IMG/VR virus record: IMGVR_UViG_3300023174_000207
Location: 1-55,497 of that record
DNA length: 55,497 bases
Source of the DNA: a virus
Lineage: Duplodnaviria; Caudoviricetes
Strand: one strand, 5' to 3'
In this document: positions 1 to 11,300 of the stretch, one piece after another
Numbering within the stretch: the stretch's first letter is position 1
Layout of the letters: each line of letters starts with the position of its first letter
Made by a program: the position numbers and the translations under genes
Notes under the pieces: model-generated
The model's input: only the letters and a program-made list of their open reading frames with translations
What the model was told of the DNA's origin: nothing
The model's database searches: none

Positions 1-687
1 CTAGGTGCTTTTCACCAAGACGGCTATACAACCCTAACTAATGCTATACCAAACGCAAGCTCAACAGCGACTATCGTAGTTGGTTCTACTACTGGATTTG
101 CGTCTGCTGGCACTATTCTGATTGGAACCGAACTAATTAACTATACAGGTAAAACCGCCACAACTTTTACTGGCATTACTCGATCTGTATACGGTTCTAG
201 TGGTTCTTCGCATGCTGCGGGTGTTTATGTAGCAGAAGCTCAGGCAGTGCCATCTGCTACCACGGCTTTAGTCATTCCATTTGATACAACAGATACTAGC
301 AATCAAGTATCCCTAGACCCTCTTGATAACACTAAAGTTGTTTTTGCTATTGCTGGTTATTACAACATTCAATTCAGTATTCAGCTTATAAACTGCACAA
401 GCTCAGTAGATAACGTAACCCTTTGGTTTAGGAAGGATACAGTTGACATACCAAATACGGCGGGTGTTGTGTCAGTTCCAGCAAAACATGCTGGCGGTGT
501 AGGTGCCGCAATTATCTCTTGGAACTTGATTGTAGACGTAAATGCGGGTCAAAATATTCAATTAATGATGCACTCAAACTCTGGAAATACGGTAGCTGGT
601 ACTTACCCTCCAGGAACAGCTCCTATCCATCCTGCGTCGCCGTCTGTAATTTTGACCGCAACCTTTGTTTCTGCGATATATCCATGA
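1..687 (+). CDS. Tail/virion structural protein, 5'-truncated by the window edge
   Basis: Frame is open from base 1 (LGAFHQDGYTTLTNAIPNASSTATIVVGSTTGFASAGTILIGTELINYTG...) and continues into the listed 247..687 ORF. Beta-rich C-terminus (GYYNIQFSIQL) typical of tail-associated domains. Confidence 0.65.
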   Translation, partial: LGAFHQDGYTTLTNAIPNASSTATIVVGSTTGFASAGTILIGTELINYTGKTATTFTGITRSVYGSSGSSHAAGVYVAEAQAVPSATTALVIPFDTTDTSNQVSLDPLDNTKVVFAIAGYYNIQFSIQLINCTSSVDNVTLWFRKDTVDIPNTAGVVSVPAKHAGGVGAAIISWNLIVDVNAGQNIQLMMHSNSGNTVAGTYPPGTAPIHPASPSVILTATFVSAIYP

Positions 688-721
688 TAAACTTCAACTA
701 AATCAACCCCGTGAGGCATAT

Positions 722-2413
722 ATGGGTTTACACCACACAGCACACTATTTAAGAAGCAAAGGTCGTGGCAACGATACCATGCTTGTCCACATGACTCCTA
801 GTGAAGTCAAAGGCCTTCAAGCTATAGCATTGCGTCACGGTGGTTCTCTAACAATTAACCCAGATACGGGTTTACCCGAAGCAGGCTTTCTAGAGCAAAT
901 TCTCCCAGTTGTAGCTGCTGCTGGTCTGACATATTTAACAGCTGGTGCCGCTGCGCCAACTCTAACTGCGGCTTTGGGTGGGTCTTCTTTGGCTGGTGGT
1001 ATTGCCGCCGGAGCCTTATCTGGTGCGGCTATTAGTGGTTTAACTGCTGCTGCTACTGGAAAAGATGCTGGGCAAGCTGCACTTATGGGCGGTCTTGGTG
1101 GTGGTATTGCTGGCGGTCTAGGCGCTTATGCCGAGGCTCCTAATTTGTTTGCCGAGATGTCTCAAAAATCAGCAGAAACTGCAGGTACTCAAGCAGGAAC
1201 AGAATTTACAAAACAAGCAACAGAAGCTTCTACAAAAGCGGCGTTTAACCCAGCTACAGGCACGGTTACACCTCCATCATTTCCCACCGTAAACCAAGCT
1301 GGTTATGGATTATCTATTCCAAATCCAAGCGTACCTGGCGGCTTTATTAGTAGCGAGACTGGTCAAGCTTTGGCTAGTGCTCCATCAGGTAGTGGGCTGA
1401 CTGCGGGTGAAATGATGGCAGGTAGCGTAAGACCAGGTCCTGTACCACCTGTAAGCGCAGCGGATGCGGCTCAGGCAGCTAAAACAGTTGGTAGTTCGGG
1501 TAGCGTTACAGGTTCAGCGCCTACTACGCTTTATCAAGATTTAGGAACTTACGGAAGATTAGGGGTTCAATCGTTGCCAGCTCTTGGTTTATTAGAAGAC
1601 AATCGGCAGGGAGCAGGTCCTACTGATACCTACGTAAGCCCACTACGTCGTATTTCGCCTAACTTCCGAGCTTACGAACCTTTAAGCCCAGATCCATATT
1701 ACAGAGCAAAATACGCTGCCGAAGGCGGCATTATGCAGTCTTATCAAACTGGCGGCCCAGTAGAGCGCATGTCTGCTATGAATACGGCAATGAACCCACA
1801 GGGCGGGTTATACCCCCAAGGCATGATTGATAAGACCCAGTATGCCACCCCTATTCAGCGCCCAGTAAGCTCTGAGATGGTTTCGGAAGTCCCAGCATAT
1901 GACCGCTCTAACCCACTATTGATGAACACTGGTGGAATATCTAGATTACCCAAAGGTGATGCTGGTGTTTATAAAGATACTGACCCAACCACTGCAAAGC
2001 AAGATGCGTTTACAGCGGCTTTAACTCGCTTGGGTGGCATACAAAAGAAAGCTAATATTAAGGGTTTACCCGCATTACAAGCTGTAGCTAAGCCATTAGG
2101 TAATATTGAAGAAGCCGCTAAAGGCGGAATTATGTCTAGCCTAGGAGGGTACTCAGATGGGGGCAGAATGCTTAAAGGTCCTGGTGATGGTATGTCTGAT
2201 TCTATTCCTGCTACTATCGGTGGCAAACAACCCGCCCGTCTTGCTGATGGGGAATTTGTAGTCCCAGCCGATGTGGTTAGTCACTTAGGTAACGGATCTA
2301 CTGATGCTGGCGCCAAGCGTTTATACACCATGATGGATAAGATTCGCAAAGCCAGAACCGGTAAAAAGAAACAAGCACCTGCAGTTAAAGCCGACAGATA
2401 TATGCCTGCATGA
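722..2413 (+). CDS. Putative internal virion/ejection protein
   Basis: ATG at 722 after GAGG. Motifs GRGNDTMLVHM and TINPDTGLPEA, Gly/Ala-rich hydrophobic stretches, C-terminal GPGDGMSDSIPA...LADGEFVVPADVVS. Lies after the tail genes. Confidence 0.6.
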   Translation: MGLHHTAHYLRSKGRGNDTMLVHMTPSEVKGLQAIALRHGGSLTINPDTGLPEAGFLEQILPVVAAAGLTYLTAGAAAPTLTAALGGSSLAGGIAAGALSGAAISGLTAAATGKDAGQAALMGGLGGGIAGGLGAYAEAPNLFAEMSQKSAETAGTQAGTEFTKQATEASTKAAFNPATGTVTPPSFPTVNQAGYGLSIPNPSVPGGFISSETGQALASAPSGSGLTAGEMMAGSVRPGPVPPVSAADAAQAAKTVGSSGSVTGSAPTTLYQDLGTYGRLGVQSLPALGLLEDNRQGAGPTDTYVSPLRRISPNFRAYEPLSPDPYYRAKYAAEGGIMQSYQTGGPVERMSAMNTAMNPQGGLYPQGMIDKTQYATPIQRPVSSEMVSEVPAYDRSNPLLMNTGGISRLPKGDAGVYKDTDPTTAKQDAFTAALTRLGGIQKKANIKGLPALQAVAKPLGNIEEAAKGGIMSSLGGYSDGGRMLKGPGDGMSDSIPATIGGKQPARLADGEFVVPADVVSHLGNGSTDAGAKRLYTMMDKIRKARTGKKKQAPAVKADRYMPA

Positions 2414-2823
2414 ACTTAACTGTAAAGCCAGTCAACGTAACCCATTTTCACCAGACTTGGTCGTTGGTTGAAGGGTTCTTGGCAGAAGCGTTGAAATGGG
2501 GCGAAGATGACTATACCGTTGAGCAGGCTAAAGGTTATTTGGCTAGAGGCGATTGGTTATTAGTAGTTGCAGTAGACGAAGAAAATAAGATTCACGGAGC
2601 ATCAGCAATAAATTTTTACAACATGCCAAATGATAGAGTGGCATTTGTTATAGCAATGGGTGGTAAATTAATAAGTAATCCAGATACATATAAGCAGTTT
2701 TCTGATTTACTTAAAGTTTATGGGGCTACTAAAATACAAGGTGCCGCTAGAGAAGCAATTGCAAGATTGTGGTCACGGTACGGGTTTAAAGAACGCTACA
2801 GAATTGTAGAGGCAAGGTTATGA
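2410..2823 (+). CDS. GNAT-like protein in ejection cluster (T7 gp13-like position)
   Basis: 137 aa with ATGA overlaps on both sides. Alpha/beta pattern ending GAAREAIARLWSRYGF resembles the acetyltransferase fold (inference). Confidence 0.45.
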   Translation: MNLTVKPVNVTHFHQTWSLVEGFLAEALKWGEDDYTVEQAKGYLARGDWLLVVAVDEENKIHGASAINFYNMPNDRVAFVIAMGGKLISNPDTYKQFSDLLKVYGATKIQGAAREAIARLWSRYGFKERYRIVEARL

Positions 2824-5339
2824 CATATTATTCTAGACGGCAGCTTGAAGCTCTTGGCGAGCCTTTAGGCAATTCAATTACCCGCAAAGAAGGCGGTCGA
2901 ACCATTTATGGTGGCGGTGGCTCAGGTGGTGGAGGCCCATCTCAAACTACTACTTACTCTACAAATATTCCTGAGTATGCACGTCCGTTTGTAGAGAACA
3001 TGTTGGAGTCTACCCAGAAGCAAATTTACAACGAAGATATGACTGGGTTTAGGCCTTATAAACCTTACAGTTCAAACGTAGAAAATTATTTTGCTGGGTT
3101 TAGCCCTCTTCAACAACAAGCGCAACAGGCTACTGGACAGCTACAAGTTCCCGGGCAAATTGGGGCTGGAAGTAATTTAGTAGGAACAGCTGGTCAAGGC
3201 GCTTTAGGTGCACATGGTTATGGGCAACAACTAGGGCAACAAGCTTTGGGTTATGGTGGTGCGGCTGCTGGCATGTCTGGTATGGGCTTTGGCGCTGGAC
3301 AACGTTTTGAACAGATGGCTACAAGCCCTGGCGCACAAGCGGCTTATATGTCTCCCTACATGCAAAATGTTGTTGACTATCAAAAAAGTCAAGCTATTCG
3401 TGATTACGACATTGCTTCTCAAGGTAGAAACGCTGCTGCTGTTCGTGCTGGAGCATTTGGTGGTAGCCGTCAAGCTGTTGCAGAAGGTGAAGCTAACCGT
3501 GCCTTGATGAGTCAATTGGGTGGGATTCAAGCTACTGGCACTCAGAAAGCGTTTGAAGATGCACAACGCCAAATGCAATTTGGTTCACAACTTGGATTAC
3601 AAGGTTTACAAGCAGGATACCAAGGTCTTGGTATGGGTTTACAAGGTGTTGGTCAAGCTACTCAAGCAGGGCAATATGGTCTGCAAGGATTACAGCAAGC
3701 TGCTCAAGCAGGTCTAGGTTTAGGGCAATTAGGTAGTCAACAACTAGCTGCGCAAAAAGACATCATTGGATTACAAAGCCAAATGGGCGCCCAGCAACAA
3801 TCGGCTGAGCAACAGAAGATTAATCAGGCAATTCAAGATTACGCTATTAAGCAACAGTATCCAATGATGCAGCTTGGCATGATGAACGCCATGTTGCGTG
3901 GGCTACCCTTACAAACTCAAACTACTCAACTTTATCAAGCACAGCCGACTACGTTACAACAAGGTATTGGTTTGATTGGTGCTGGATCAACATTGTTTGG
4001 TGGGCGTGCAGCCGGCGGAGTTATTAAAGAATATCGTGAAGGCGGTATTACTGAAGGTTATAAATATGGCGGCGCTATTTCAGACCCAGAACTTGAAGCT
4101 ATGGCTGAAAAACTTAGCGTTGCTCAATTACAAGAGCGCCTCCGTGATCCAGCCCTAACTCCTGGTGAACGTCAAATATTTGCTGAAGCACTGCAAGAAA
4201 AACAGCAAGAAAAAGCCCGTATGTCTGGCATTGCTATGGCAGGTGGTCCAGCATTTGAATCCCAAGGTCTAGCTGGCGGTGGCATTATTGCTTTTGATAA
4301 CGGTGGTTTAAGTATGGCTAACCCTGAGTTTGGTGGCGGGGACTCAACCATGGATCAGCTACGCATGGAAGAATTACAACTGCAAAAAGATCTTCAACAG
4401 TATGAGTTTTTAAAAGAAGCTTCGCCAGTTGCTGCACAACGTATGCTTGAGCAAAATGCAATGCTTAGAGCTAAAGTAGCCCCACCAGCTGCTCCAACTG
4501 CAGCACCGGCACCAGCAGCACCAAAACCACCAGCAGCTGCACCAGAAGGTGGTGCACCAGTAGACCGTGGTATTGCTGCATTGACTGGTGTTAAGAGCCT
4601 AGAACAACAAATGGCGGAACAAGAACGTTTAATGGGTCCAAATACAGCAAATGAAGGACTTAGTGCCAAGATTGCTGAGCGTCTAGCCGGCATGAGCAAA
4701 CGTGAGAAACAAGACGAACTTGCTGCTATTCGTAATGCCTTTATTAAATTTGGAACAGAAGCATCGCCTGGAGGTATAGGAGTAGCCGCCCTTAAAGGTA
4801 TTGGTACATACGGCGAAGCCAGTGATGCAGCTAGAAAAGCTAGAGAAGGTGTGGACCTTGAGCTTACTAAAATGCAAGCCGACATTAAGAAGGCCGAGCG
4901 TGCTGAAAAACGTGGTAACTTGGATGCTGCCGCTAAAGCATACGAAAGCGCTGAGAACCGTCAACTTAGAATTGCTGAAATGCAAAATCAACTTAAAGTT
5001 GCTGGCATCTCGGCTTCTAGACCTGGCGAGTTTGAGAAAATGTTTGCTCTGTTTGAAAAAGACCCTGCAGCGTTTGAGCAATTTATGGCAGCTAGAGATG
5101 TTAACCGTGGTAACCTAGCTACCGCAACCAAGAGTATTCTTGAGGCCAAGTACCCTAATTACAAACTAATTGCTATGACTCCTCCAGAAAAACGCACTAA
5201 AGAGCAAAACCAATTCTTGCAAGATGCGTATAAAGACGCTGAAGCTACGGCAAGAGACATGATGCGCAAAGGAACGTCTACCCCAACAGCTCCAACAACA
5301 ATAAAATTTGATAAAGACGGTAATCCAGTCAAAGGGTAA
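2820..5339 (+). CDS. Putative DNA ejection/internal virion protein
   Basis: 839 aa, Gln/Gly/Ala-rich, motifs YMSPYMQNVV and AGAFGGSRQAV, coiled-coil C-terminal half. Confidence 0.6.
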   Translation: MTYYSRRQLEALGEPLGNSITRKEGGRTIYGGGGSGGGGPSQTTTYSTNIPEYARPFVENMLESTQKQIYNEDMTGFRPYKPYSSNVENYFAGFSPLQQQAQQATGQLQVPGQIGAGSNLVGTAGQGALGAHGYGQQLGQQALGYGGAAAGMSGMGFGAGQRFEQMATSPGAQAAYMSPYMQNVVDYQKSQAIRDYDIASQGRNAAAVRAGAFGGSRQAVAEGEANRALMSQLGGIQATGTQKAFEDAQRQMQFGSQLGLQGLQAGYQGLGMGLQGVGQATQAGQYGLQGLQQAAQAGLGLGQLGSQQLAAQKDIIGLQSQMGAQQQSAEQQKINQAIQDYAIKQQYPMMQLGMMNAMLRGLPLQTQTTQLYQAQPTTLQQGIGLIGAGSTLFGGRAAGGVIKEYREGGITEGYKYGGAISDPELEAMAEKLSVAQLQERLRDPALTPGERQIFAEALQEKQQEKARMSGIAMAGGPAFESQGLAGGGIIAFDNGGLSMANPEFGGGDSTMDQLRMEELQLQKDLQQYEFLKEASPVAAQRMLEQNAMLRAKVAPPAAPTAAPAPAAPKPPAAAPEGGAPVDRGIAALTGVKSLEQQMAEQERLMGPNTANEGLSAKIAERLAGMSKREKQDELAAIRNAFIKFGTEASPGGIGVAALKGIGTYGEASDAARKAREGVDLELTKMQADIKKAERAEKRGNLDAAAKAYESAENRQLRIAEMQNQLKVAGISASRPGEFEKMFALFEKDPAAFEQFMAARDVNRGNLATATKSILEAKYPNYKLIAMTPPEKRTKEQNQFLQDAYKDAEATARDMMRKGTSTPTAPTTIKFDKDGNPVKG

Positions 5340-5341
5340 AT

Positions 5342-8300
5342 ATGGCTATTAAAGCTGAGTTATTTGATGGGACTATATTAGAGTTTCCTGACGGAACTGA
5401 CCCATCTGTAATTCAAAATACAGCTAAACGTTTAACGCAAGAACGCCAAGCTGCCGCAGAACCTGAACCAACCAAAGACACCGGCATATTTAGTATGGCT
5501 GGTCGAGCTCTTGCTCGTGGTGCTAAACAAACAGGTTCTTTAATTGGTGATGTATTACCAGCCATGGCAGCAAGTGCTGTTGGCGCCGACGAGTATGCCG
5601 CTAGGCAAATGGCAGAAGCTGCACAAACCCAGAAAGAAATTGAGCAAAAGTATGGTGCTCGTTATAAATCCCTAGAAGACGTTAAAGGTCCAGGCGACTA
5701 CATACCGTTTGCGTTAGAGACTGCATTAGAACAAGTACCCGGCATGGCTACTGCGTTGATACCTGGTGCTGGTTTTGGTGTTGCTGGTGGGCGTATGGCT
5801 GCCGCTGCCGCCGCTAAGAAAGCTGCTGAACGTGGTGCTGCCGAAGCCGCCGCTGCAAAATATGGGGCCCAAGCCGCTGCTACTGGTGCTATGCGTGGTC
5901 AGATTGGCGGAGCCTTCCTTGGTTCTTATGCGCTTAACGCTCCTGAAGTTTTTCAGAATATCTTCGAGGAAACTGGTGGGCAAATGGAACCAGCCGCCGC
6001 TGCGTTAGCAGGATCGGTTTCTGCTGCGCTAGATTCAATATTGCCAGTAGCTATTCTCAAACAGATGGGACCCAACGTCAAAGCCGGCGTTGTTGAAAAC
6101 TTACTTGAGAAGTCTGGTATGCCATCGCCGTTGGCAAGAAAAGTGGTCGGTGCTGCTGTAACAGGCGCAGGTACTGAAGGTTTAACTGAGGGTGCGCAAG
6201 AAGCAATTAGTATTGCGGCTGAGAAATTTGTACAAGAAAACCCAGAAATCTGGGGGAGCAAAGAATTTAATCGTCTTATTGAGTCGTCCGTACGTGGTGC
6301 AGTAGGTGGTGGTGCGTTTGGTGCGGCTGGCGCTGGTGCTGGAGCATATTTAGAAGGCCGACGTGGCAGATTAGAAGAAAGACAACTTGAAGCCGACCGT
6401 AGAGAAATTGTAGCGGGGGACCTAGCAACTCAACTTGGTAGAGATCCTACTGAAGAAGAAGTTGATAACTTCATGGCTGCTATGAAAAAAGCACGTGAAA
6501 CAAAGGAGGTGCAAGATGAGGGCGGAACAACTGACACCGGAACAGGTAAGCCTAGCGTTTCGGTACCTAGCGAAGAAGGACTCGGAAAAGGTCCAACTGA
6601 CACCGGAACTGCAGAACTTACCGAAGCAGACCTGGACAGAATTAATCGACTTGCTGCAGATGCTGGAGTACGAGAAGAAGATGTCTACGATCAACTAAAG
6701 AAAGACGTTGAGCAAAGAGTAGCAGAGGTTGTGTTAACTCCTGACGCTGAAGCATTGTTAAAAAGCGTAGAAGCTGGTGGCACACCAGCCATGATGACTA
6801 ACAATCTTAAACGGATTGCCAAAGAGAACGGTGTTAAGGTAACTTCAAAAGACACACCAAACTCAGTAATAGATAAATTAAAAGCGTTAAAAACCGCACC
6901 CGAAGAAGTTGTCGAGCCAGAAATAACTGAAGAAGTAACCGAGGAAGCTAAACCTCAATACACCCCAGAACAATTAGCTGAAATTGCACGCCGACAAAAA
7001 CACGCAAAAGATACGTTAAAGCTACTTGAAGAAGAAGCAGCCCCAAGAATTAATGCTGTAGATTATGTTCAAAAAGTAGACTCAGGTGAAATAAAACCAA
7101 ACGCAATTAAACTCAAAGGTTTTGTAAACGCATTTGGTCTTGATGTGCCTGCAGGTAAAAATTACACTGAGCGAGCATTTGCTGAACTAAAAGATAAATT
7201 AACTGCAATAGAAACAATTGATCCTTTGTCTCGTGTACTAGAAGTCATAGAAATCACCAAAGATCAAGCCGGAGTAAAAACCACTGCACCTACCCAAAAA
7301 ATCCCTAGCGTATCTAAGTTACGTTTAAGTAAAGAAGCTGAAGCTGAAGCAAGAAAACGAGCACAGGCTGAAGAAGACCAGATGTTTGCCCAATTAAAAG
7401 ATATTGAACCTGAGTATCAAACAATTACGGCAGCTCCAGGAGTAGATGTTGAGCGTATGTCAGATATGTTTGGTCAGCAGTTGTACGGCGATATGTCAAA
7501 AATGCCTGCAGTAGCAGTAAAAGAAATGCTGCAAAATTCTTTTGACAATATTAAACCGTTACTAGAACAAAATTTAGAGACCGAAGGCAATATTGATATC
7601 AACATAGACAAAAACACTAGAGTTATTACAGTAAAAGATGACGCCACTGGTATGACTCCAGATGTTTTAGCTAATACTTTTTTTACTATTGCAGGAACAA
7701 ATAAAGAAACTGCGTTTGGTTCTGGTGGTTTTGGTGTTGCAAAAATGCAATTTTTGTATGGAAGTGAAGCTATTGAAGTTACTACCATGCGTGATGGGCA
7801 AATTAGCCGTACAAAAACAACCGGAAAAGATTTAAAGTTAGCTTTAAAAAAAGACCCCTCTAGAGCACCAAAAATAGAAGTTAATACGGCTGAAGAAGTG
7901 CCAGATATAGCCGCACAATTTCCAAAAGGTCATGGAAGCATTGTAAAAATAACTATACCAAAAGAATACAAAGATCCACAAACTGGCGAAATAAAACAAA
8001 TTGAGTTAAGTGATAGCGAGTTTAGTTATCCAGTGCTTGAATATAGCCCGTTATTTGCTAACATCACTGTTAATTTTGATGGTTGGCCTCTTAGAAATAT
8101 GGGGTCCAGGTTTGACGCAGAAAAATACACTACGTTTGTTGATGCGCAATTTGATTGGGGCACTGCTCGAATATACGTATCTAATGATGAAAGAGACAAA
8201 TACGGTGTTAACACCCACGTTCTTTCAAACGGTTTGTGGCAATTTAGTGAATCTTTAAAAGCAAATCCATTAGAACTTTTTAGCGATAACATCCCACATC

Positions 8301-11300
8301 GTTTTTATTTAGACATCGTATCTAAAGTCAAACCAACAGAACAAGGGTATCCATTCCAATTTAACCGTCAAGGTTTTACTGAACAAGCTAAAAAAGATCT
8401 TGATTTAATTAAAAACTATGTAGCAATTTATTACCGGCAGAAAGACTTCCAAACTACCGTTAAAAATTTTGGTACTGTTCAATACCTTGATAGAACTAAG
8501 ACCGGAGTTAAAGTATCTGAAAAAACTGATTTAGTTCCAGACATTCCAGAAGTAGAAGTTAAACAAGGTATTGGCCAAGGGTCTAAAGTAGAAGTTAAAG
8601 ACGGAAGATTAATTGTCGACGGTAAAGTTGTACCGGTGCTTACGCCAGAAGACCTTAAAAAAGCTTCAATTGAAATTGATAAGTTAAAAATTTCGCAAGA
8701 CAAAATTAACCCAAACAAAGTCATGATTCATGACAATTTGGAAGTTAAAGTCGGTGAAGACCAATTTACCCCTATTACTGCTTTAGCTACAGCTAAGTTT
8801 GGGGACCGCTTTAACAAATTTATGTTTGATATTGGCGATGCGTTCATAACTTTGCGTAATGCAGTAGTTAGTCATATGCCACCAAACAAAAAAGGCCAAG
8901 GCTACAATGAGCTTGCACAAGAAGCTATTGGGGTTTCGTTTGACAAAGAATACCGTGGCGTAAGTATTGTTCTTCCATTTAAAGGGTTGTTTATTAACCC
9001 AGCTTTCCCTGAGTACATGGATACTCCGGAAGAAGCGGCTTTGGGTATGTTTGGAACCATGATTCATGAGCTAGCACATCACAAAGTGCGTAGCCATAAT
9101 GCTGACTTCCCTGCAGAGATGCAGCGTATTTTAATTAAATTAGAAGCGTCAAAATCTTTTGACATCCGGCAGTTTAAAGACGATTTTATATTGACTGTCA
9201 GAGAAAACAAAGACATCATTGACTTTTTAAATAAAGAGGGATCAAATGAATATAACCGGGCTATTGGACAGCGTTTCAAAGATAGCGGGCAACAAGCAAG
9301 AGGCGAAGGTGTTGCTCAAGACGTTTCTGAGCGAGGGGGACAGGGACGGGGAAGATTTGAGTTACCTAGCGAGTTTGGACCAGAGTATCAAACTATTGGA
9401 CCAGAGCAGAGACCTAGCGGAGTTCCGTCACAAGTTAAAGCAGAACCACAACTTGTAAGCCCACCATTTGCTCCGTTAACCGAAGAAGCGTCTAAGTTCT
9501 TTGCAAAATCAAAAGTAGTAGATGCAAATGGTCGTTTAATACCATTACTTCATGGTACAAACGCAACAGGCCCAAAAGGTGAAGGGCTAACCCAAATTAA
9601 GTTAAGCAAAGAAGGTTCTTTGGGTGCAGGTATTTACCTAACCCCTATTCCGCTTATTGCAAATAATTACACTGGCATACCTACTCCTGAAGCAATAGAC
9701 GCTTTGGAAGCTGAAGGTAGAACGCCTAAAGAAATTGTAGACAAACTAAGAGCAATATACAAAACGGGAGAACTAGCCCCAGGACAAGTTGGTGGGAACG
9801 TTATACCTGTGTTTGCAGACATAGAAAATCCGTTAATTATTAATACTAAAGACAACCGATTTGATCCAGCGGTAGATTTATTGGTAGCGCTTGATGTGCC
9901 TAGGGATAAAGCAGAAGCTATAGTTGAAAAGGCTAATGAAGATAAAGGCGGTATTACTAAAGAAGTAATAACCAGAGCTCGAGCAAAAGGTTACGACGGC
10001 ATATTTCAATATAGAGACGACGAGCTTGCAGAAGTAGTTGCATTTAGCCCAAGCCAGGTTAAATCAGTATTTAATAAAGACCCATCACGACTACCTGAGT
10101 TGTTAAATGCGTTTAATCGAGATGAAAATACTAGTCCCAAAGCGGATCAAGTACCTTTAAACGACCCATTATTTAGTACCGCCCATCCAACCGTTACTAC
10201 GGCAATTGCAAATAATGATGTGCAGGGTGCGTTAAAAGCCCTCAAAAATACTGCTGGTAAGTTCCTGTCTGGTCTAGCCGACCGGTTGATGCAATTAAAT
10301 TTAGACACCGTCGTCGGTTTTGATGATCTGCATTACGACATGTCCATCAAAAGTTTAGACCGTGTAAAAGGCCAAAAGACCCGAATTCTTAACTGGCTAC
10401 AACAAGTTAAACCCAATATTTACGCTTCTCGTTTTGACGAGTCTAAGATGAAAATGCCAGTCACAGAGACCTTAAAAGCCTTTGAAGACTTTAGAGACGG
10501 CAAGTTAGGCATCGATCCCAAGATGTTTAAAGAAGACTTAGAAGACGTTATTAAGGTTTACAGCAATGCAGTAACTTCCTTAAATGCGCCCGGTACGTAC
10601 TTCATGGACGATAACGCCATTGGGCTTAGCTTAACTAGGGGTGGTAACTCTAACTACGCTATAGCGCACGAACTTACCCATGCTGCGACACACTGGGCAA
10701 TTGACCATCCAGAGGAATTAAACCCCAAGCAACGCCAAGCATTAGCTAATTTACACAGATTATTTAGGTACGCTAAAAAGCATACTAAAAACCCAGACGC
10801 CTATGGCTACAACAACTTACACGAGTTTGTAGCTGAAGCATTTAGCCGACCATCGTTCCAAAACGAACTGCGCCAGATGCAAAAGGTCATGGATACCAGC
10901 ATGTCCGCTTGGTCTAAGTTTATTCAGTTGGTTGCTCAGTTGTTTGGAGTAGACAATGTGTTGTTCCACACGCTAGCGAACGCTGATGTATTGTTCTCGG
11001 CTAATAGCGGCAGTGCTACCAACAAAGGTCCTGGATTGTTATGGGCCCCAAGTAGATACAGCGTGCGTAACGGTACGTTTAAGCTCAATCCTGGCGAACG
11101 CATGGGCTTTATTGATAAGGCTGTTCAACTGCGTGAAAGCTGGAAGAACACGGATAAGAGCAATCTTAAGAAGTTTTTTGGCAGCTTAAATAACCAATAT
11201 CGCCGGTATTTACTGGGTGCATTTACAGTTGACCAGCTAGCCGATATGTACGGCACCGACATGCCTCAGCTCAAAGCATACGCAAAAGAAGTTGATGCCA

